A DNA stretch of 64,000 nucleotides from Bacillota bacterium. Lineage in GTDB: Bacteria > Bacillota > Clostridia > Acetivibrionales > DTU013. The translations under genes were made by a program, and so were the position numbers. The stretch lies in NCBI GenBank assembly GCA_023411645.1, contig JAEYON010000068.1, positions 44,599-108,598 of the forward strand, written 5' to 3'. Under the pieces are notes generated by a model that was given only the letters and a program-made list of their open reading frames with translations, did not search any database and was not told the DNA's origin. How positions within the stretch are numbered: the first letter of the stretch is position 1; every line of letters begins with the position of its first letter. Of the stretch, positions 53,730 through 64,000 are shown piece by piece.

Positions 53730-54767
53730 ATGAAAAGAATATTGTTTAAGACGTTTGTTGTGTTATCTTCTGCATTACTGCTCATAATACTGATCTTTTT
53801 TACAGACAGTTTTGATGCATTGATGCAAATTGTTACAAATGCAAAGATTGGGTGGCTTGCTGTTGGCTTCGGATGTATGGTTGCTTACTGGATACTGGAT
53901 GCAGTCATTCTGCATACCATATCGGCCACAATGGATAAAGGGCAAAGGATGAGGGATTCTGTCAAGGTTACCATGATCGGGCAATTTTTTCATTCTATTA
54001 CCCCTTTTGCGGGGGGCGGTGAGCCGGTACAAGCCTATATAATGGTAAAGGATGGTCTCCAACCGGGTGTTGCCGCCTCCATATTTGCCGTAAAAACTAT
54101 TTTACACGAATTAATTATCGTACTATATGCTATAGCATCATACTTATTTCATGGTGCTGCTTTTACAGCGAGGATACCTCAGTTCAATTATTTCTTTGTA
54201 GCGGGTCTTGTGCTGAATGCAGCTTTTTTAGCCTTTATACTGTTGCTTATGTATAAAGCGCAGGCAGCAAAAAAAGTATTAGTGTTTATTTGCAGGCTGT
54301 TGGAGAAAACGAAGCTGATCAAAAATAGAACCGCCATTGAGAATAAAATCAACTGTGAGGTGGCAAGTTTTAAAGATGGGGCGTTGATTCTCAAAAAGGA
54401 CCGCAAATCCCTCTTAACACTGCTGGCGGTACAGATATTGCAATTTACATTTATTTTTGCGATAACCTTTTGTATACAGCTTGCCGTAGAATCCCAACAT
54501 GCTTCATTTTCTGAGATGATTGCGGCGCAATCCATGATCATGCTGATCTCGGTGCTTATCCCGACACCTGGCGCTACAGGCGGGGTTGAAGGGATAAGCT
54601 ATATATTCTTTGGGATGTTTTTCCGTAAAGATTTTATTATACCGGTGATCTTGATCTATAGGCTTCTAACCTATTACCCGTCAGTTCTGTTTGGGGGACT
54701 GTTCACAGTGCTGGCGCCTGAAAGACCGCTAAAGCGTGAAACAATGAAAAAGTTATCAGATTATTAG
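53730..54767 (+). CDS. Flippase-like (MprF transmembrane-domain / UPF0104) membrane protein
   Basis: About 345 aa, polytopic. ...IGQFFHSITPFAGGGEPVQAYIM... is typical of the lysylphosphatidylglycerol-synthase TM-region family. Confidence 0.65.
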   Translation: MKRILFKTFVVLSSALLLIILIFFTDSFDALMQIVTNAKIGWLAVGFGCMVAYWILDAVILHTISATMDKGQRMRDSVKVTMIGQFFHSITPFAGGGEPVQAYIMVKDGLQPGVAASIFAVKTILHELIIVLYAIASYLFHGAAFTARIPQFNYFFVAGLVLNAAFLAFILLLMYKAQAAKKVLVFICRLLEKTKLIKNRTAIENKINCEVASFKDGALILKKDRKSLLTLLAVQILQFTFIFAITFCIQLAVESQHASFSEMIAAQSMIMLISVLIPTPGATGGVEGISYIFFGMFFRKDFIIPVILIYRLLTYYPSVLFGGLFTVLAPERPLKRETMKKLSDY

Positions 54768-54836
54768 ACATTATTGTCCGGGCTGCGTATTATCTTGTGT
54801 AAACACATTTATGCAGAAAAAAGGAGTAAAGAAAAT

Positions 54837-55289
54837 ATGGATAGATTGCATCGTTCAAAAAGGAATAAGGTACTTTTCGGAGTATGCGGAGGATTGTCCG
54901 AATATTTGCGGATAGATGCTACACTTATCAGGATCATATGCATTCTGGCTCTTTTCACGGGTGCCGGGTTTGTTTTGTACCTTGTTGCAGCATTGATCAT
55001 GCCCGAAGACAAGGGATATACGTCGGATGAAAGCCAGTGGAACACCGGTGCGCAGACCCAAACCAAAACGGATTTCGAAAGCGAATTCAATAAGGATGCC
55101 GAAGAGTGGGGCCGTCCTGCGAAATATCCGGCAGAGAAGAACAGGGTAGTCATCGGAGCAATCCTTTTGGGTCTTGGGATCCTGTTTCTGGGAAAGCAGT
55201 TTATGCCGGGGCTTTTTAACATGAAAATCATGGTGCCCATGCTGCTGGTCGTGATCGGCGGGATTTTCGTTCTGAGGGGAAGAAGATAG
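54837..55289 (+). CDS. PspC-domain membrane protein
   Basis: MDRLHRSKRNKVLFGVCGGLSEYLRIDATLIRIICILALF. SD AAAGGAG lies before ATG 54837. Confidence 0.8.
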   Translation: MDRLHRSKRNKVLFGVCGGLSEYLRIDATLIRIICILALFTGAGFVLYLVAALIMPEDKGYTSDESQWNTGAQTQTKTDFESEFNKDAEEWGRPAKYPAEKNRVVIGAILLGLGILFLGKQFMPGLFNMKIMVPMLLVVIGGIFVLRGRR

Positions 55290-55318
55290 GAGTACAAGTA
55301 CAGGCCAGCGGGGTGTAA

Positions 55319-56623
55319 ATGATAAAACGGTCAGATTATGAGCAGATGATATTTGAACTGAAGGAAAAGTATACGAAGATTTGGCAAAACACGCCCGATA
55401 CGCTTCCAGCGTTTCGGGCACGTTATACTGCCGACCAGCACAAAAAAAGAGAGGCGGCTATGAGCAGCATTGCTGACGGGATAGTCCGACTAATCAAGGA
55501 GTTTTCGGATAAGAACCCGGAAGATTCCGTCAGGTGGGGGTCTGAACTGAAAAGGCTCGTTTACGGCTGCGGAGTGGATATTCTGGGGCTTGAAGGCAAT
55601 AGCATGAAAATGCTGCTGGAGAATGGCTTCTGTGATGTGACATCCGGTTTTATTTCCAGAGCCCGTGAGTTTGACGCTGGATTTAAGCTGGAAGATATTT
55701 TTCAATCCCTGAGGAATACATGGATAATGAACTGTATTCAGAAGCTGATGGGAATGAAGGTCGATTTGACGCCATCCATTTTTGCATATAGCATGCTTTA
55801 CCCATATACAGATAATTATCTTGACGCCTTGTCTGTGTCTGAAAAAGAAAAAATGCAGACAAATCAAAATTTTAGAAGAAGACTGGCAGGCGTAGATCTA
55901 AGGGCTGCATCACTTCTGGAGGAAAAGCTGTTCCGGCTTGTCCGGATGATAGAAGGCCAGTATCCTCGCAGCAGTTTTCCTATGGTATATGAAAGCTTAC
56001 TTGGTATACAGACAGCACAGGAGAAAAGCTTACTGCAGTCGGCTTACATTAATGAGCCTTACCCGGACATACTGGAGATCAGTATCGAGAAGGGCGGATG
56101 TTCTGTTCTGGCGGACGGGTGCCTGTTAAGGGGCGGATTATCCGAGCAGGAAGCCTCATTTATCTTTGGCTTCGGCGTAATGCTGCAGTTTATTGACGAT
56201 TTGCAGGATGCCAATGATGACAGAGGCAAGGGGCATGTCACTATTTTCTCCGGACGGAATACAAGGACCATGGCTGAGAACATGACTAACAGGCTGATCA
56301 ACTTTGTGGCCGGTATTCTAAATGATGACAAGTGCTTTTGCTCTCAGGAAGCGCTGGAATTAAAGCGGTTGATAAAAGACAGCATTCTGATTCTGGCAAT
56401 GGGGGCTGTTGCCTGCAACAGCGACATGTATGGCAGGGACTGGCTTAGAACACTTGAGGAGTATTCGCCGCTTAGTTTTAAGTACCTGAAGAGCTTTTAT
56501 AAAAGAATGGGAAGAGAGTTCGGAAAACTAAAAATCAAATTGGCCGTTAAGCCTCTTGAAATCCCCATGGCAAGAGCATTTGCCAGCGGAATTCTTTCAC
56601 AATCTTCTATAAAAATATCATAA
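55319..56623 (+). CDS. Uncharacterised protein with isoprenoid-synthase-like Asp-rich motifs
   Basis: 434 aa. YPYTDNYLD and, about 135 aa later, GFGVMLQFIDDLQDANDD, which resembles the second Asp-rich motif context (FQxxDDxxD) of polyprenyl and terpene synthases. Confidence 0.45.
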   Translation: MIKRSDYEQMIFELKEKYTKIWQNTPDTLPAFRARYTADQHKKREAAMSSIADGIVRLIKEFSDKNPEDSVRWGSELKRLVYGCGVDILGLEGNSMKMLLENGFCDVTSGFISRAREFDAGFKLEDIFQSLRNTWIMNCIQKLMGMKVDLTPSIFAYSMLYPYTDNYLDALSVSEKEKMQTNQNFRRRLAGVDLRAASLLEEKLFRLVRMIEGQYPRSSFPMVYESLLGIQTAQEKSLLQSAYINEPYPDILEISIEKGGCSVLADGCLLRGGLSEQEASFIFGFGVMLQFIDDLQDANDDRGKGHVTIFSGRNTRTMAENMTNRLINFVAGILNDDKCFCSQEALELKRLIKDSILILAMGAVACNSDMYGRDWLRTLEEYSPLSFKYLKSFYKRMGREFGKLKIKLAVKPLEIPMARAFASGILSQSSIKIS

Positions 56624-56732
56624 TGCAAACTCCGACTTTATCCGATAACATATTTAGAATTGTTGAAAAAAGCAAAGTAATGCGATATAGTCGTTATTAT
56701 TATGTCTTGATATGTGCAAAGGATGAATAGAT

Positions 56733-57545
56733 ATGGATTTAGGTACGATTATTGGCCTATTGGCCGGAATTGCCTGTGTCATTATCTCCATTTTTATCGG
56801 AGACGGTGAATTATTATCATATTGGGATCTTCCCTCGGTATTTATTACTATCGGTGGCGGCATATGTTCTACGCTAATTAATTACAGGCTCAAAGATTTA
56901 TTGAGTGTTTTTAAAGTGACGCTGCATGTATTCACCGACAAAGCATCCTCAGCATCTGATATCATTGCCCAAATGGTAAAGCTCTCTGAGAAGACCAGAA
57001 GAGAAGGACTCCTTTCGATAGAGCCTGAGCTGGAGGAGATGGAAGATCCATTTATCAAGCAGTCTCTTCAGTTGGTAGTCGATGGGATTGAGTCTGAGAC
57101 TATACAGGATTTTATGGATACGGAAATTGAAAACATGCAATCAAGGCATGGTAAAGGGATTGCCATCTTCAACACGATGGGCGCAATATTTCCCGCATGG
57201 GGCATGATAGGTACGCTGCTTGGTCTGATTAACCTGCTGCTGAAGCTGGATGATCCGGCGCAGATAGGGCCGTCAATGTCTGTTGCATTGGTCACTACCT
57301 TTTATGGCAGTATACTATCGAATTTCGTCTGTATACCGATAGCAGGAAAGCTGAAAATGAAGAGCGATGAAGAAGTCCATCAGATGGAGATGATCGCGGA
57401 GGCCGTCATATCCATTCAGGCCGGTGAAAATCCCAAGATGCTTGAACAGAAGCTCAGGATATACCTAAGTCCTGAAGAGAGAAAAATGGCTGATAAGAAA
57501 GAAACGGAAGAATCGGAAGATACCAATAGGCCGGTGTCTGTATGA
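56733..57545 (+). CDS. motA: Flagellar stator protein MotA (MotA/TolQ/ExbB family)
   Basis: 270 aa. MDLGTIIGLLAGIACVIISI..., GLLSIEPELEEMEDPFI and ALVTTFYGSILSNFVCIPIAGKL. Confidence 0.85.
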   Translation: MDLGTIIGLLAGIACVIISIFIGDGELLSYWDLPSVFITIGGGICSTLINYRLKDLLSVFKVTLHVFTDKASSASDIIAQMVKLSEKTRREGLLSIEPELEEMEDPFIKQSLQLVVDGIESETIQDFMDTEIENMQSRHGKGIAIFNTMGAIFPAWGMIGTLLGLINLLLKLDDPAQIGPSMSVALVTTFYGSILSNFVCIPIAGKLKMKSDEEVHQMEMIAEAVISIQAGENPKMLEQKLRIYLSPEERKMADKKETEESEDTNRPVSV

Positions 57546-57559
57546 TGGGGGTGATGTAG

Positions 57560-58354
57560 ATGGCCAGAAGAAGACGCGCTCCAGTGGATTCAGGTGGAGG
57601 TGGAGGTTCGTGGCTGACCACTTATAGCGACCTTGTCACATTGCTTCTTTGTTTTTTTATTTTGCTTTTTTCCATGGCGATAGTTGATAAGCAGAAATTC
57701 CAGGAAGTGGCTCTTTCGTTGCGTTCTGCTTTTTCTGGCGGAACCGGTATTATGAAGTCAAGTGATGGGGATTCTATGATCAGTATTACTCCCTTTGAGG
57801 ATGGTGAACAGATTTTACAGGACTTATCTGACTCAAACAAAGAGGATGACGGCAATATTGATGAGGGTCTGTTGGATGATACTGCAGGGGACACGGCTGA
57901 GAGATTAGAGACCATAAAGATTGCAAAGATTAATATACAAGGCTTGATTGATCAGATGGGACTGAACGAAAACATTAAGGTCATCGATGAAGAGAGCAGA
58001 ATCATTTTAAGGATGGATTCCATTATTTTATTCGATTCCGGAAGTGCGGATATGAAGTCCACCTCAATACCGATCGTTGAAAAAATGGGTCAGATATTGA
58101 AGACACTGGATACAGAAATATTGGTTCAGGGACATGCGGACGACCGTCCGATCCACACTGCGTTGTACCCTTCAAACTGGGAGCTGTCGACTAAAAGAGC
58201 GACAAATGTGGTGCGGTTTTTTGTGGATAAATCCGGAATGAAGGAAGAGCATCTTACTGCCGCCGGCAATGCTGAATTTAAGCCGATTGCGCCGAATGAT
58301 ACTGAGTATAACAGACAGAAAAACAGAAGGATCGATATTGTTATTCTAAAGTAA
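57560..58354 (+). CDS. motB: Flagellar stator protein MotB (OmpA-like C-terminus)
   Basis: 264 aa. WLTTYSDLVTLLLCFFILLFSM, and C-terminal VQGHADDRPI...SNWELSTKRA. Confidence 0.85.
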   Translation: MARRRRAPVDSGGGGGSWLTTYSDLVTLLLCFFILLFSMAIVDKQKFQEVALSLRSAFSGGTGIMKSSDGDSMISITPFEDGEQILQDLSDSNKEDDGNIDEGLLDDTAGDTAERLETIKIAKINIQGLIDQMGLNENIKVIDEESRIILRMDSIILFDSGSADMKSTSIPIVEKMGQILKTLDTEILVQGHADDRPIHTALYPSNWELSTKRATNVVRFFVDKSGMKEEHLTAAGNAEFKPIAPNDTEYNRQKNRRIDIVILK

Positions 58355-58519
58355 AAAGTGATCTTTTTCAGCGATCAAGCATGATAAATCCTATATAACA
58401 GATAACTTGGGTATATTATTATATATATCCTTTTATTTTTATGGTAAAATAAATGAGAAATATGAATGAAGAGAAACTCCTTAAATATGAATGTCACGAC
58501 TCGAGGATAATAATATCGG

Positions 58520-59101
58520 ATGGATTCGATCATACTTGCTTCCTCCTCCCCGAGGAGAAGAGAATTACTTAGCCAGGCGGGAATACCGTTTACCGTTGTG
58601 CCGGCTGATGTGGATGAAGAAAATGCAGAGCTTTCCGGAACTCCGGAACGGAAGGCGGAACAGCTTGCTTATATGAAAGCGGCCGCAGTTGCGGGAAAAA
58701 TCGGCGAAGGACTTGTCCTCGGTGCGGATACCATTGTAGTATGCGCAGGAGAGGTGTTTGGAAAGCCTGTTGATCGTGATGATGCCCGAAGGATGCTTGA
58801 GATGCTGAGTGGACGGGAGCATCAGGTCATTACAGGCATTGCTGTACTTGATGCAGCAAAAAAGACGACAAGGATCGAACATGAGGTTACCAGAGTCCGG
58901 TTTTCAAAGCTGCTGCCTGAGGAAATCGAGGCGTATATCAGTTCAGAAGAACCTTTCGACAAAGCCGGCTCATACGCAGTCCAGGGAAAGGGCGCCCTTA
59001 TGGTAGAGGGCATCGACGGCTGCTATAGCAATGTTGTCGGGCTTCCATTAAGGAAGCTGTATATGGTGCTGAAGGAATTCGGCGTACAGGTTCTTGAGTG
59101 A
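58520..59101 (+). CDS. maf: Maf-like nucleoside triphosphate pyrophosphatase
   Basis: ILASSSPRRRELL...GADTIV...KAGSYAVQG. Confidence 0.9.
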   Translation: MDSIILASSSPRRRELLSQAGIPFTVVPADVDEENAELSGTPERKAEQLAYMKAAAVAGKIGEGLVLGADTIVVCAGEVFGKPVDRDDARRMLEMLSGREHQVITGIAVLDAAKKTTRIEHEVTRVRFSKLLPEEIEAYISSEEPFDKAGSYAVQGKGALMVEGIDGCYSNVVGLPLRKLYMVLKEFGVQVLE

Positions 59102-59160
59102 TATTATTTTAGAAATAATAAAATTACAAAATATAGATAATAATAGAAAATAATGGTACA

Positions 59161-59910
59161 ATGAAAGAGGTGATGTTTTACAGATTATTAAGAAATGTGG
59201 GGTTGACCAAAATGGAATACAGACTTAGAATGAAGGATATACCTGTAAGCGAGAGGCCTTATGAGAAGCTGGAGAAGTACGGGCCCGAGACACTGTCAAA
59301 TGCCGAGCTGCTTGCCGTTATTATTAGGACAGGCAGTATTGAAGAAACATCAGTCACTCTGGCTCAAAGGCTGCTTTCTCTTGGGAATGACAGAGGGGGG
59401 ATAGCATTCCTTCACAATCTGTCAGTGGAAGAGCTAAAAAAGACCAAAGGGATCGGAAGAGTCAAAGCATTGCAGATCAAAGCGGTCATGGAGCTTTCCA
59501 AGCGCATATCCTCTTCGATTATTAATAATGGGCGTGTGTCGATCAAGTCGCCTGTTGAGGTCAGTACGCTGTTGATGGAGGAAATGCGTCACCTGAAGAA
59601 GGAAGTATTCAAAATCATCCTGCTGAATACAAAGAACCATATTATCAAGGTTCTGGATGTTTCAGTCGGAAGCCTGAATTCATCGATTGTTCACCCAAGA
59701 GAGGTTTTCAGTGAAGCAGTGAAGGCAGGATGCAGCGGGATATTGCTTGTACATAACCACCCCAGCGGTGATCCTGAGCCGAGCAGGGAAGATATAGATA
59801 CAACACAGAGGCTGATTAATGCGGGTAATATTTTAGGAATAAAAGTCCTTGATCATGTAGTTATCGGGGACGGAAGATACATAAGCTTTAAGGAGCAGGG
59901 ATTGGTATAG
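59161..59910 (+). CDS. radC: RadC-family JAB-domain protein
   Basis: ERPYEKLEKYGPETLSNAELLAVIIRTG and HNHPSGDPEPSREDIDTT. The start is uncertain, with several in-frame ATGs at 59161-59233. Confidence 0.85.
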   Translation: MKEVMFYRLLRNVGLTKMEYRLRMKDIPVSERPYEKLEKYGPETLSNAELLAVIIRTGSIEETSVTLAQRLLSLGNDRGGIAFLHNLSVEELKKTKGIGRVKALQIKAVMELSKRISSSIINNGRVSIKSPVEVSTLLMEEMRHLKKEVFKIILLNTKNHIIKVLDVSVGSLNSSIVHPREVFSEAVKAGCSGILLVHNHPSGDPEPSREDIDTTQRLINAGNILGIKVLDHVVIGDGRYISFKEQGLV

Positions 59911-59987
59911 AATTATAATTAATTTTTTCACATATGGAAAATTTAGTTTTGTGATAGGTCGTTATAAACAACTTGGGAGGATATAAA

Positions 59988-61010
59988 ATGGGATTTTTTG
60001 CAAAAGACATCGGAATTGATTTGGGTACAGCCAATACGCTCGTTCACGTAAAAGGCAGAGGGATTGTAATTAGAGAGCCCTCAGTTGTGGCTATAAATAA
60101 AAATTCGAAAACAATCCTTGCGGTCGGCGATGATGCAAAAAGCATGATCGGCAGGACGCCAGGTGATATTGTAGCAATCAGGCCTATGAAGGATGGAGTT
60201 ATTGCGGACTTTGACATTACCCAGAGCATGCTCAAGTACTTTATCAAAAGAGCGATGGCCGGTGGTGTCGTATCAAAACCGAGAGTTGTCATATGTGTGC
60301 CGTCCGGAGTGACAGAGGTCGAGAAAAGAGCGGTTGAGGAAGCGACTCTTCAGGCAGGGGCAAAGGAAGCATATTTGATAGAGGAGCCTATGGCAGCTGC
60401 CATAGGAGCGAATCTGCCTGTTGAGGAACCAACCGGCAGCATGATTGTCGATATCGGTGGCGGTACCAGTGAAGTGGCTGTTATATCGCTGGGAGGAGTA
60501 GTTACGAGCAAATCTCTCAGAATCGCAGGAGATGAATTTGACGAAGCAATCGTTCATTTTGTCAAAAAGGAATACAACCTGATGATTGGCGAGAGATCGG
60601 CTGAACAAATCAAGTTGACGATTGGAAATGCTTTCCCCAAGCCCAAGGAGGAATATATCGAGGTCAGGGGCAGGGACCTGATCACCGGACTCCCAAAGAA
60701 CATAACAATCTCGTCGGGCGAGATCAACGAGGCGTTGAAGGAACCGATAAATTCCATTGTGGACTCTATTAAATATACCCTGGAAAAAACACCCCCGGAG
60801 CTGGCTTCCGACATTATGGACAAAGGTATTATGCTTGCAGGCGGAGGAGCTCTCTTAAGCGGCTTGGACAAGCTTATTCATGAAGAAACAGGCATGCCGG
60901 TTATGATTGCAGAAAATCCGTTGGATTGTGTGGCAATCGGAACAGGTAAAGTCCTTGAGGAAATCGAGACTTTGAAGCGTGTACTGATAACGCCAAGAAA
61001 ATTGAAATAG
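59988..61010 (+). CDS. mreB: Rod-shape-determining protein MreB
   Basis: [19 protein letters not shown]..., [19 protein letters not shown] lies before ATG 59988. Confidence 0.95.
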   Translation: MGFFAKDIGIDLGTANTLVHVKGRGIVIREPSVVAINKNSKTILAVGDDAKSMIGRTPGDIVAIRPMKDGVIADFDITQSMLKYFIKRAMAGGVVSKPRVVICVPSGVTEVEKRAVEEATLQAGAKEAYLIEEPMAAAIGANLPVEEPTGSMIVDIGGGTSEVAVISLGGVVTSKSLRIAGDEFDEAIVHFVKKEYNLMIGERSAEQIKLTIGNAFPKPKEEYIEVRGRDLITGLPKNITISSGEINEALKEPINSIVDSIKYTLEKTPPELASDIMDKGIMLAGGGALLSGLDKLIHEETGMPVMIAENPLDCVAIGTGKVLEEIETLKRVLITPRKLK

Positions 61011-61026
61011 AGAGGAGACATGTCCA

Positions 61027-61884
61027 TTGCTGCGTCTTTTCAAGAGCAAATGGTTTATCGTGTCTTTTATTACAATTGTTTTGCTTGTAGTGATGGGGGT
61101 TTCTGTAAATAAAGACAGCAAGCTTCATTGGCTCAATAACATCATCAGCGTGCCAATGAAGCCGGTTCAGGGATTTCTATCCTCAGTCGGTCAAAAGGTT
61201 GAAGATATATTATCTTATTTTAAAGATATAGAAGATGTAAAAAAAGAAAATGATATGCTAAGAGCGGAAGTAGCCGAACTGAAGAAGCAAAACAGAGAAA
61301 TGGCAACGCTGGAGAGCAAGAATGAAGAGCTGAGGCGGGCCTTGAGCCTGAAGGAGCAGTTTGGCGGCTATACTATCCACGGCGCAAATATTATTGCTGT
61401 AGATCCAAGCAATTGGTTCAGCGTGTTCAAAATCGATATAGGTAACACTGACGGAATTTATACTGACGCACCGGTTGTGACAAATGGAAAGGGTCTTGTG
61501 GGCAGAGTTGTTTCCTCCGATATTTCCACCTCAAATGTGCAGACAATCATTGACGCTCAGAGTGCCATCTCCGGCTGGATTGCAAAAGCAGGAGGGGGCC
61601 ATGCCATAGTCAGAGGTGACATGGAGCTCAAGGGAAAGGGCTTATGCAAAATGGATTATATTCCTCTTGAGGTGGATGTTGAAGTCGGTGATGTGATCGA
61701 GACATCGGGATTGGGCGGTATATATCCTAAAGGGATAGTAATTGGCGAGGTCATTGAGGTGAGAAAATCAAACAGCGAACTTGACCGTCATGCTATCATT
61801 CAACCGGCGGCTGATTTTAAGAGACTTGAAGAGGTGTTTGTATTAAAAAGTGAGAAAAATATAGAGTCAGGCAGTGCTGAATAA
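61027..61884 (+). CDS. mreC: Rod-shape-determining protein MreC
   Basis: 285 aa. N-terminal TM segment, coiled coil (ENDMLRAEVAELKKQNRE), GLVGRVV and TSGLGGIYPKGIVIGEV. Confidence 0.88.
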   Translation: MLRLFKSKWFIVSFITIVLLVVMGVSVNKDSKLHWLNNIISVPMKPVQGFLSSVGQKVEDILSYFKDIEDVKKENDMLRAEVAELKKQNREMATLESKNEELRRALSLKEQFGGYTIHGANIIAVDPSNWFSVFKIDIGNTDGIYTDAPVVTNGKGLVGRVVSSDISTSNVQTIIDAQSAISGWIAKAGGGHAIVRGDMELKGKGLCKMDYIPLEVDVEVGDVIETSGLGGIYPKGIVIGEVIEVRKSNSELDRHAIIQPAADFKRLEEVFVLKSEKNIESGSAE

Positions 61885-62400
61885 ATGAAAAAAAAGTTAT
61901 TTTTCTATTTTTTCTTTATATTGTTGTTATTGTTGCTGCAAACAACCTTAATGCAGTATGCAACAATTTATGGGGTTTTACCGAATCTGCTGGTGGTGTT
62001 TATTATTTCTTCCGCCTTTCTCAGGGGAAACGTTGAAGGCGGCGCTGTCGGACTGTTTGCAGGACTTGCGGCTGACATGATGTTTGGAAGTGTGTTTGGA
62101 TTTAATGCTTTGTTCGGGCTATATCTTGGCATTACAGTTGGGTCGTTGAACAAAAGAATGTACAGGGATAATTTGCTGATTGCCGTTTTCTTTACTTTTG
62201 TATATTCTTTAGCATATGAGTCTGTAATTTTTATTGTAAATAACGTGATGAACGCTCACATGAACTTTCTTTATGCATTTACAGCTATCATTCTGCCCGA
62301 GTCGGTATATAACAGCGCAATAGCTATTTTGTTGTTTCCATTGATGATTAGAGCTGACAAATGGTTCAATGATTCCGATAAAACGATCAGAAAGTACTAA
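61885..62400 (+). CDS. mreD: Rod-shape-determining protein MreD
   Basis: 171-aa polytopic ORF immediately after mreC. Confidence 0.75.
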   Translation: MKKKLFFYFFFILLLLLLQTTLMQYATIYGVLPNLLVVFIISSAFLRGNVEGGAVGLFAGLAADMMFGSVFGFNALFGLYLGITVGSLNKRMYRDNLLIAVFFTFVYSLAYESVIFIVNNVMNAHMNFLYAFTAIILPESVYNSAIAILLFPLMIRADKWFNDSDKTIRKY

Positions 62401-62435
62401 AGAGGGTTGGGTGCCTAAAAGCAGAGGTGTTGTCA

Positions 62436-64000
62436 TTGAAAGAGAAGCTGAATAACAGATATTTAATACTCAGTTTTGGATTCCTGATTTTTGGTTTTAT
62501 GATTGTTTTTCGCCTTTTTAATCTGCAAATTGTGGAAGGTGAAAAATATTATGCCAGCTCATATAGAAGATTACTAAAGGAAAGTGATATAGAAGCGCCC
62601 AGAGGAAAGATTCTCGACAGAAATGGCGTCCCGCTTGCGGTCAATAAACAGGGGTATTCGGTATATCTGGTTAAAACCAGCATTACGACGGCAGAGCTGA
62701 ACGAAATGCTGCTCAAGCTTTCAGACCTGTTTGCCAAAAATTCAGAGAGCTATGCAAACAGCCTGTCAAAATACCTGACATTTAATCCCATTACATTCAA
62801 TGATAGGTCGGAGAAGGAAATCAAGGCGTGGCAAACCAATTCCAACAGACTTGATCTAAAGGAGGAGGAGGTCAGGACAGATGCCGGAGACCTCTTCAAA
62901 CACCTCAGGGAAACAGTGTTTAAAATCGATGAGGCGTATACTGAAGAGCAAGCCTACAGGATCATGTTGTTCAGATATGAAATACTGATCAACGGCTGGA
63001 ACTTTACGAAAGGCGGTACTATATCACTGGCCGATGATGTGAGTATGGATACGATCTACGAATTGGAGGAAAGAAATCACGAATTCCCGGGTGTCATTAC
63101 GGTACTTGAGCCCGTCAGGGAGTATGTCGATGCCACTGATGAGGCACATGTGCTTGGGTATATCCGGTCAATTTCACAAAACCGGTATGATGAGCTTAAG
63201 GACGAGGGCTATAGTAATGATGACTTGATTGGTTACTCAGGAATTGAGCTGCAGGCAGAAAGATACCTCAGAGGGCGGAACGGGAAAATGAGCATAGAGG
63301 TTGATACTACCGGCAGGCTGACTCAAAAGAAGGAGACTGTTGCGGCGATCCCCGGAAGCGATGTGATACTGACCATCGATACAAATCTTCAGAAGGTTGC
63401 GATGGAGTCCCTGGCACGGAATATAGATATCATCAGAAATAAAAAGGAAGACAGCAACTATGGGGACGCTAACGCTGGAGCTGCAGTTGTTTTGGATGTT
63501 AAAACCGGCGAGGTTCTGACCCTGGCAAGCTATCCCAGCTTCGATCCGCAGGTTTATCTGGCTGACTCGGAGGATATAGAAGCACGGAATATTATTAATG
63601 CCTTGAACAATGATGAAAACAAGGCACAGGTCAACAGAGCCATTGCAGGCATGTATGAGCCAGGTTCTACATTCAAGCCGCTTGTTGCCATTGCCGGGCT
63701 TGAAAAGGGAATTATCACTCCCTCAAGTAGCAATATCCGTGATCCTGGCCGTGTCGTTATTGGAAATAGAGATTTGTTCTGTCTGGAAAGGCCAACTTCA
63801 GGCCATGGGGTGCTGAACCTGAAGAGAGCGCTGGAAACCTCGTGCAATGTCTATTTTTACTTGCTTGGTGTGGATACCGGTATCGATACGCTTGGCGTTT
63901 GGGCGGAGCATTTTGGATTAGGTAAGCTGAGCGGGATTGATCTGCCAAGTGAAAAAGCGGGCTACATGTCATCAAAGGAACTAAAGAAGGAACTCAGGAA
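62436..64000 (+). CDS. mrdA: Penicillin-binding protein 2 (elongation transpeptidase), 3' end beyond the window
   Basis: Not in the ORF track because no stop lies in the window. Hand translation from TTG 62436 (SD AGAGGTG) gives LKEKLNNRYLILSFGFLIFGFMIVFRLFNLQIVEGEKYY...APRGKILDRNGVPLA..., later YEPGSTFKP (SxxK) and ETSCNVYFY (SxN). Confidence 0.88.
   Translation, partial: MKEKLNNRYLILSFGFLIFGFMIVFRLFNLQIVEGEKYYASSYRRLLKESDIEAPRGKILDRNGVPLAVNKQGYSVYLVKTSITTAELNEMLLKLSDLFAKNSESYANSLSKYLTFNPITFNDRSEKEIKAWQTNSNRLDLKEEEVRTDAGDLFKHLRETVFKIDEAYTEEQAYRIMLFRYEILINGWNFTKGGTISLADDVSMDTIYELEERNHEFPGVITVLEPVREYVDATDEAHVLGYIRSISQNRYDELKDEGYSNDDLIGYSGIELQAERYLRGRNGKMSIEVDTTGRLTQKKETVAAIPGSDVILTIDTNLQKVAMESLARNIDIIRNKKEDSNYGDANAGAAVVLDVKTGEVLTLASYPSFDPQVYLADSEDIEARNIINALNNDENKAQVNRAIAGMYEPGSTFKPLVAIAGLEKGIITPSSSNIRDPGRVVIGNRDLFCLERPTSGHGVLNLKRALETSCNVYFYLLGVDTGIDTLGVWAEHFGLGKLSGIDLPSEKAGYMSSKELKKELR

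Noticed and set aside
56624-56732. SigD-type flagellar promoter (TAAA-N15-GCCGATAT) upstream of motA
   Set aside because: CCGATAA is present at about 56643, but no correctly spaced TAAA -35 exists. A sigma-A-like TTGAAA-17-TATAGT fits better.

Overview
This is a 64-kb chromosomal window from a spore-forming, Clostridia-like Firmicute. The taxon call rests on spoVB, tgl, a SleB-type hydrolase, a Spo0E-like phosphatase, GGAGG-type SDs and TTGACA/TATAAT promoters. It holds about 55 genes and no rRNA, tRNA, CRISPR or IS elements that I can see. Two edge-truncated genes are missing from the ORF track and were recovered by hand translation: PFOR (1..3495, -) and PBP2 (62436..64000, +).

Gene content, in order:
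- a c-di-GMP module: REC-GGDEF-degenerate EAL plus two tandem 851-aa soluble PBP-type histidine kinases
- a sporulation block: spoVB, tgl and two unknowns
- wrbA, cysK, an O-acetylhomoserine sulfhydrylase and uxaC
- a CheY-like response regulator and an ECF sigma factor
- a c-di-AMP (ydaO-type) riboswitch in front of a LysM/SleB-type hydrolase
- a patatin-like lipase and a 2.9-kaa cyclic beta-1,2-glucan-synthase-like protein
- a transsulfuration pair
- a nitrogenase-like operon (NifD/K-like, NifX-like, NifB-like, metNIQ, NifH-like)
- housekeeping genes: icd, asnS, motAB, maf, radC, mreBCD, mrdA

The most interesting signal is a 52-codon ORF at 37598..37756, below the ORF-track cutoff. It has its own promoter and SD, carries 9 Cys and 9 internal Met codons, and is followed at once by an intrinsic terminator in front of the nitrogenase-like, methylthio-alkane-reductase-like sulfur-salvage operon. 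I read it as a candidate Cys+Met leader-peptide attenuator. I also flag an in-frame TAA between the NifX-like and NifB-like ORFs, with a conserved HPCF motif upstream of the first canonical start.

All calls come from reading and hand-translating the sequence and from recalled family motifs. No searches or folding programs were run, so gene starts and RNA structures are provisional.
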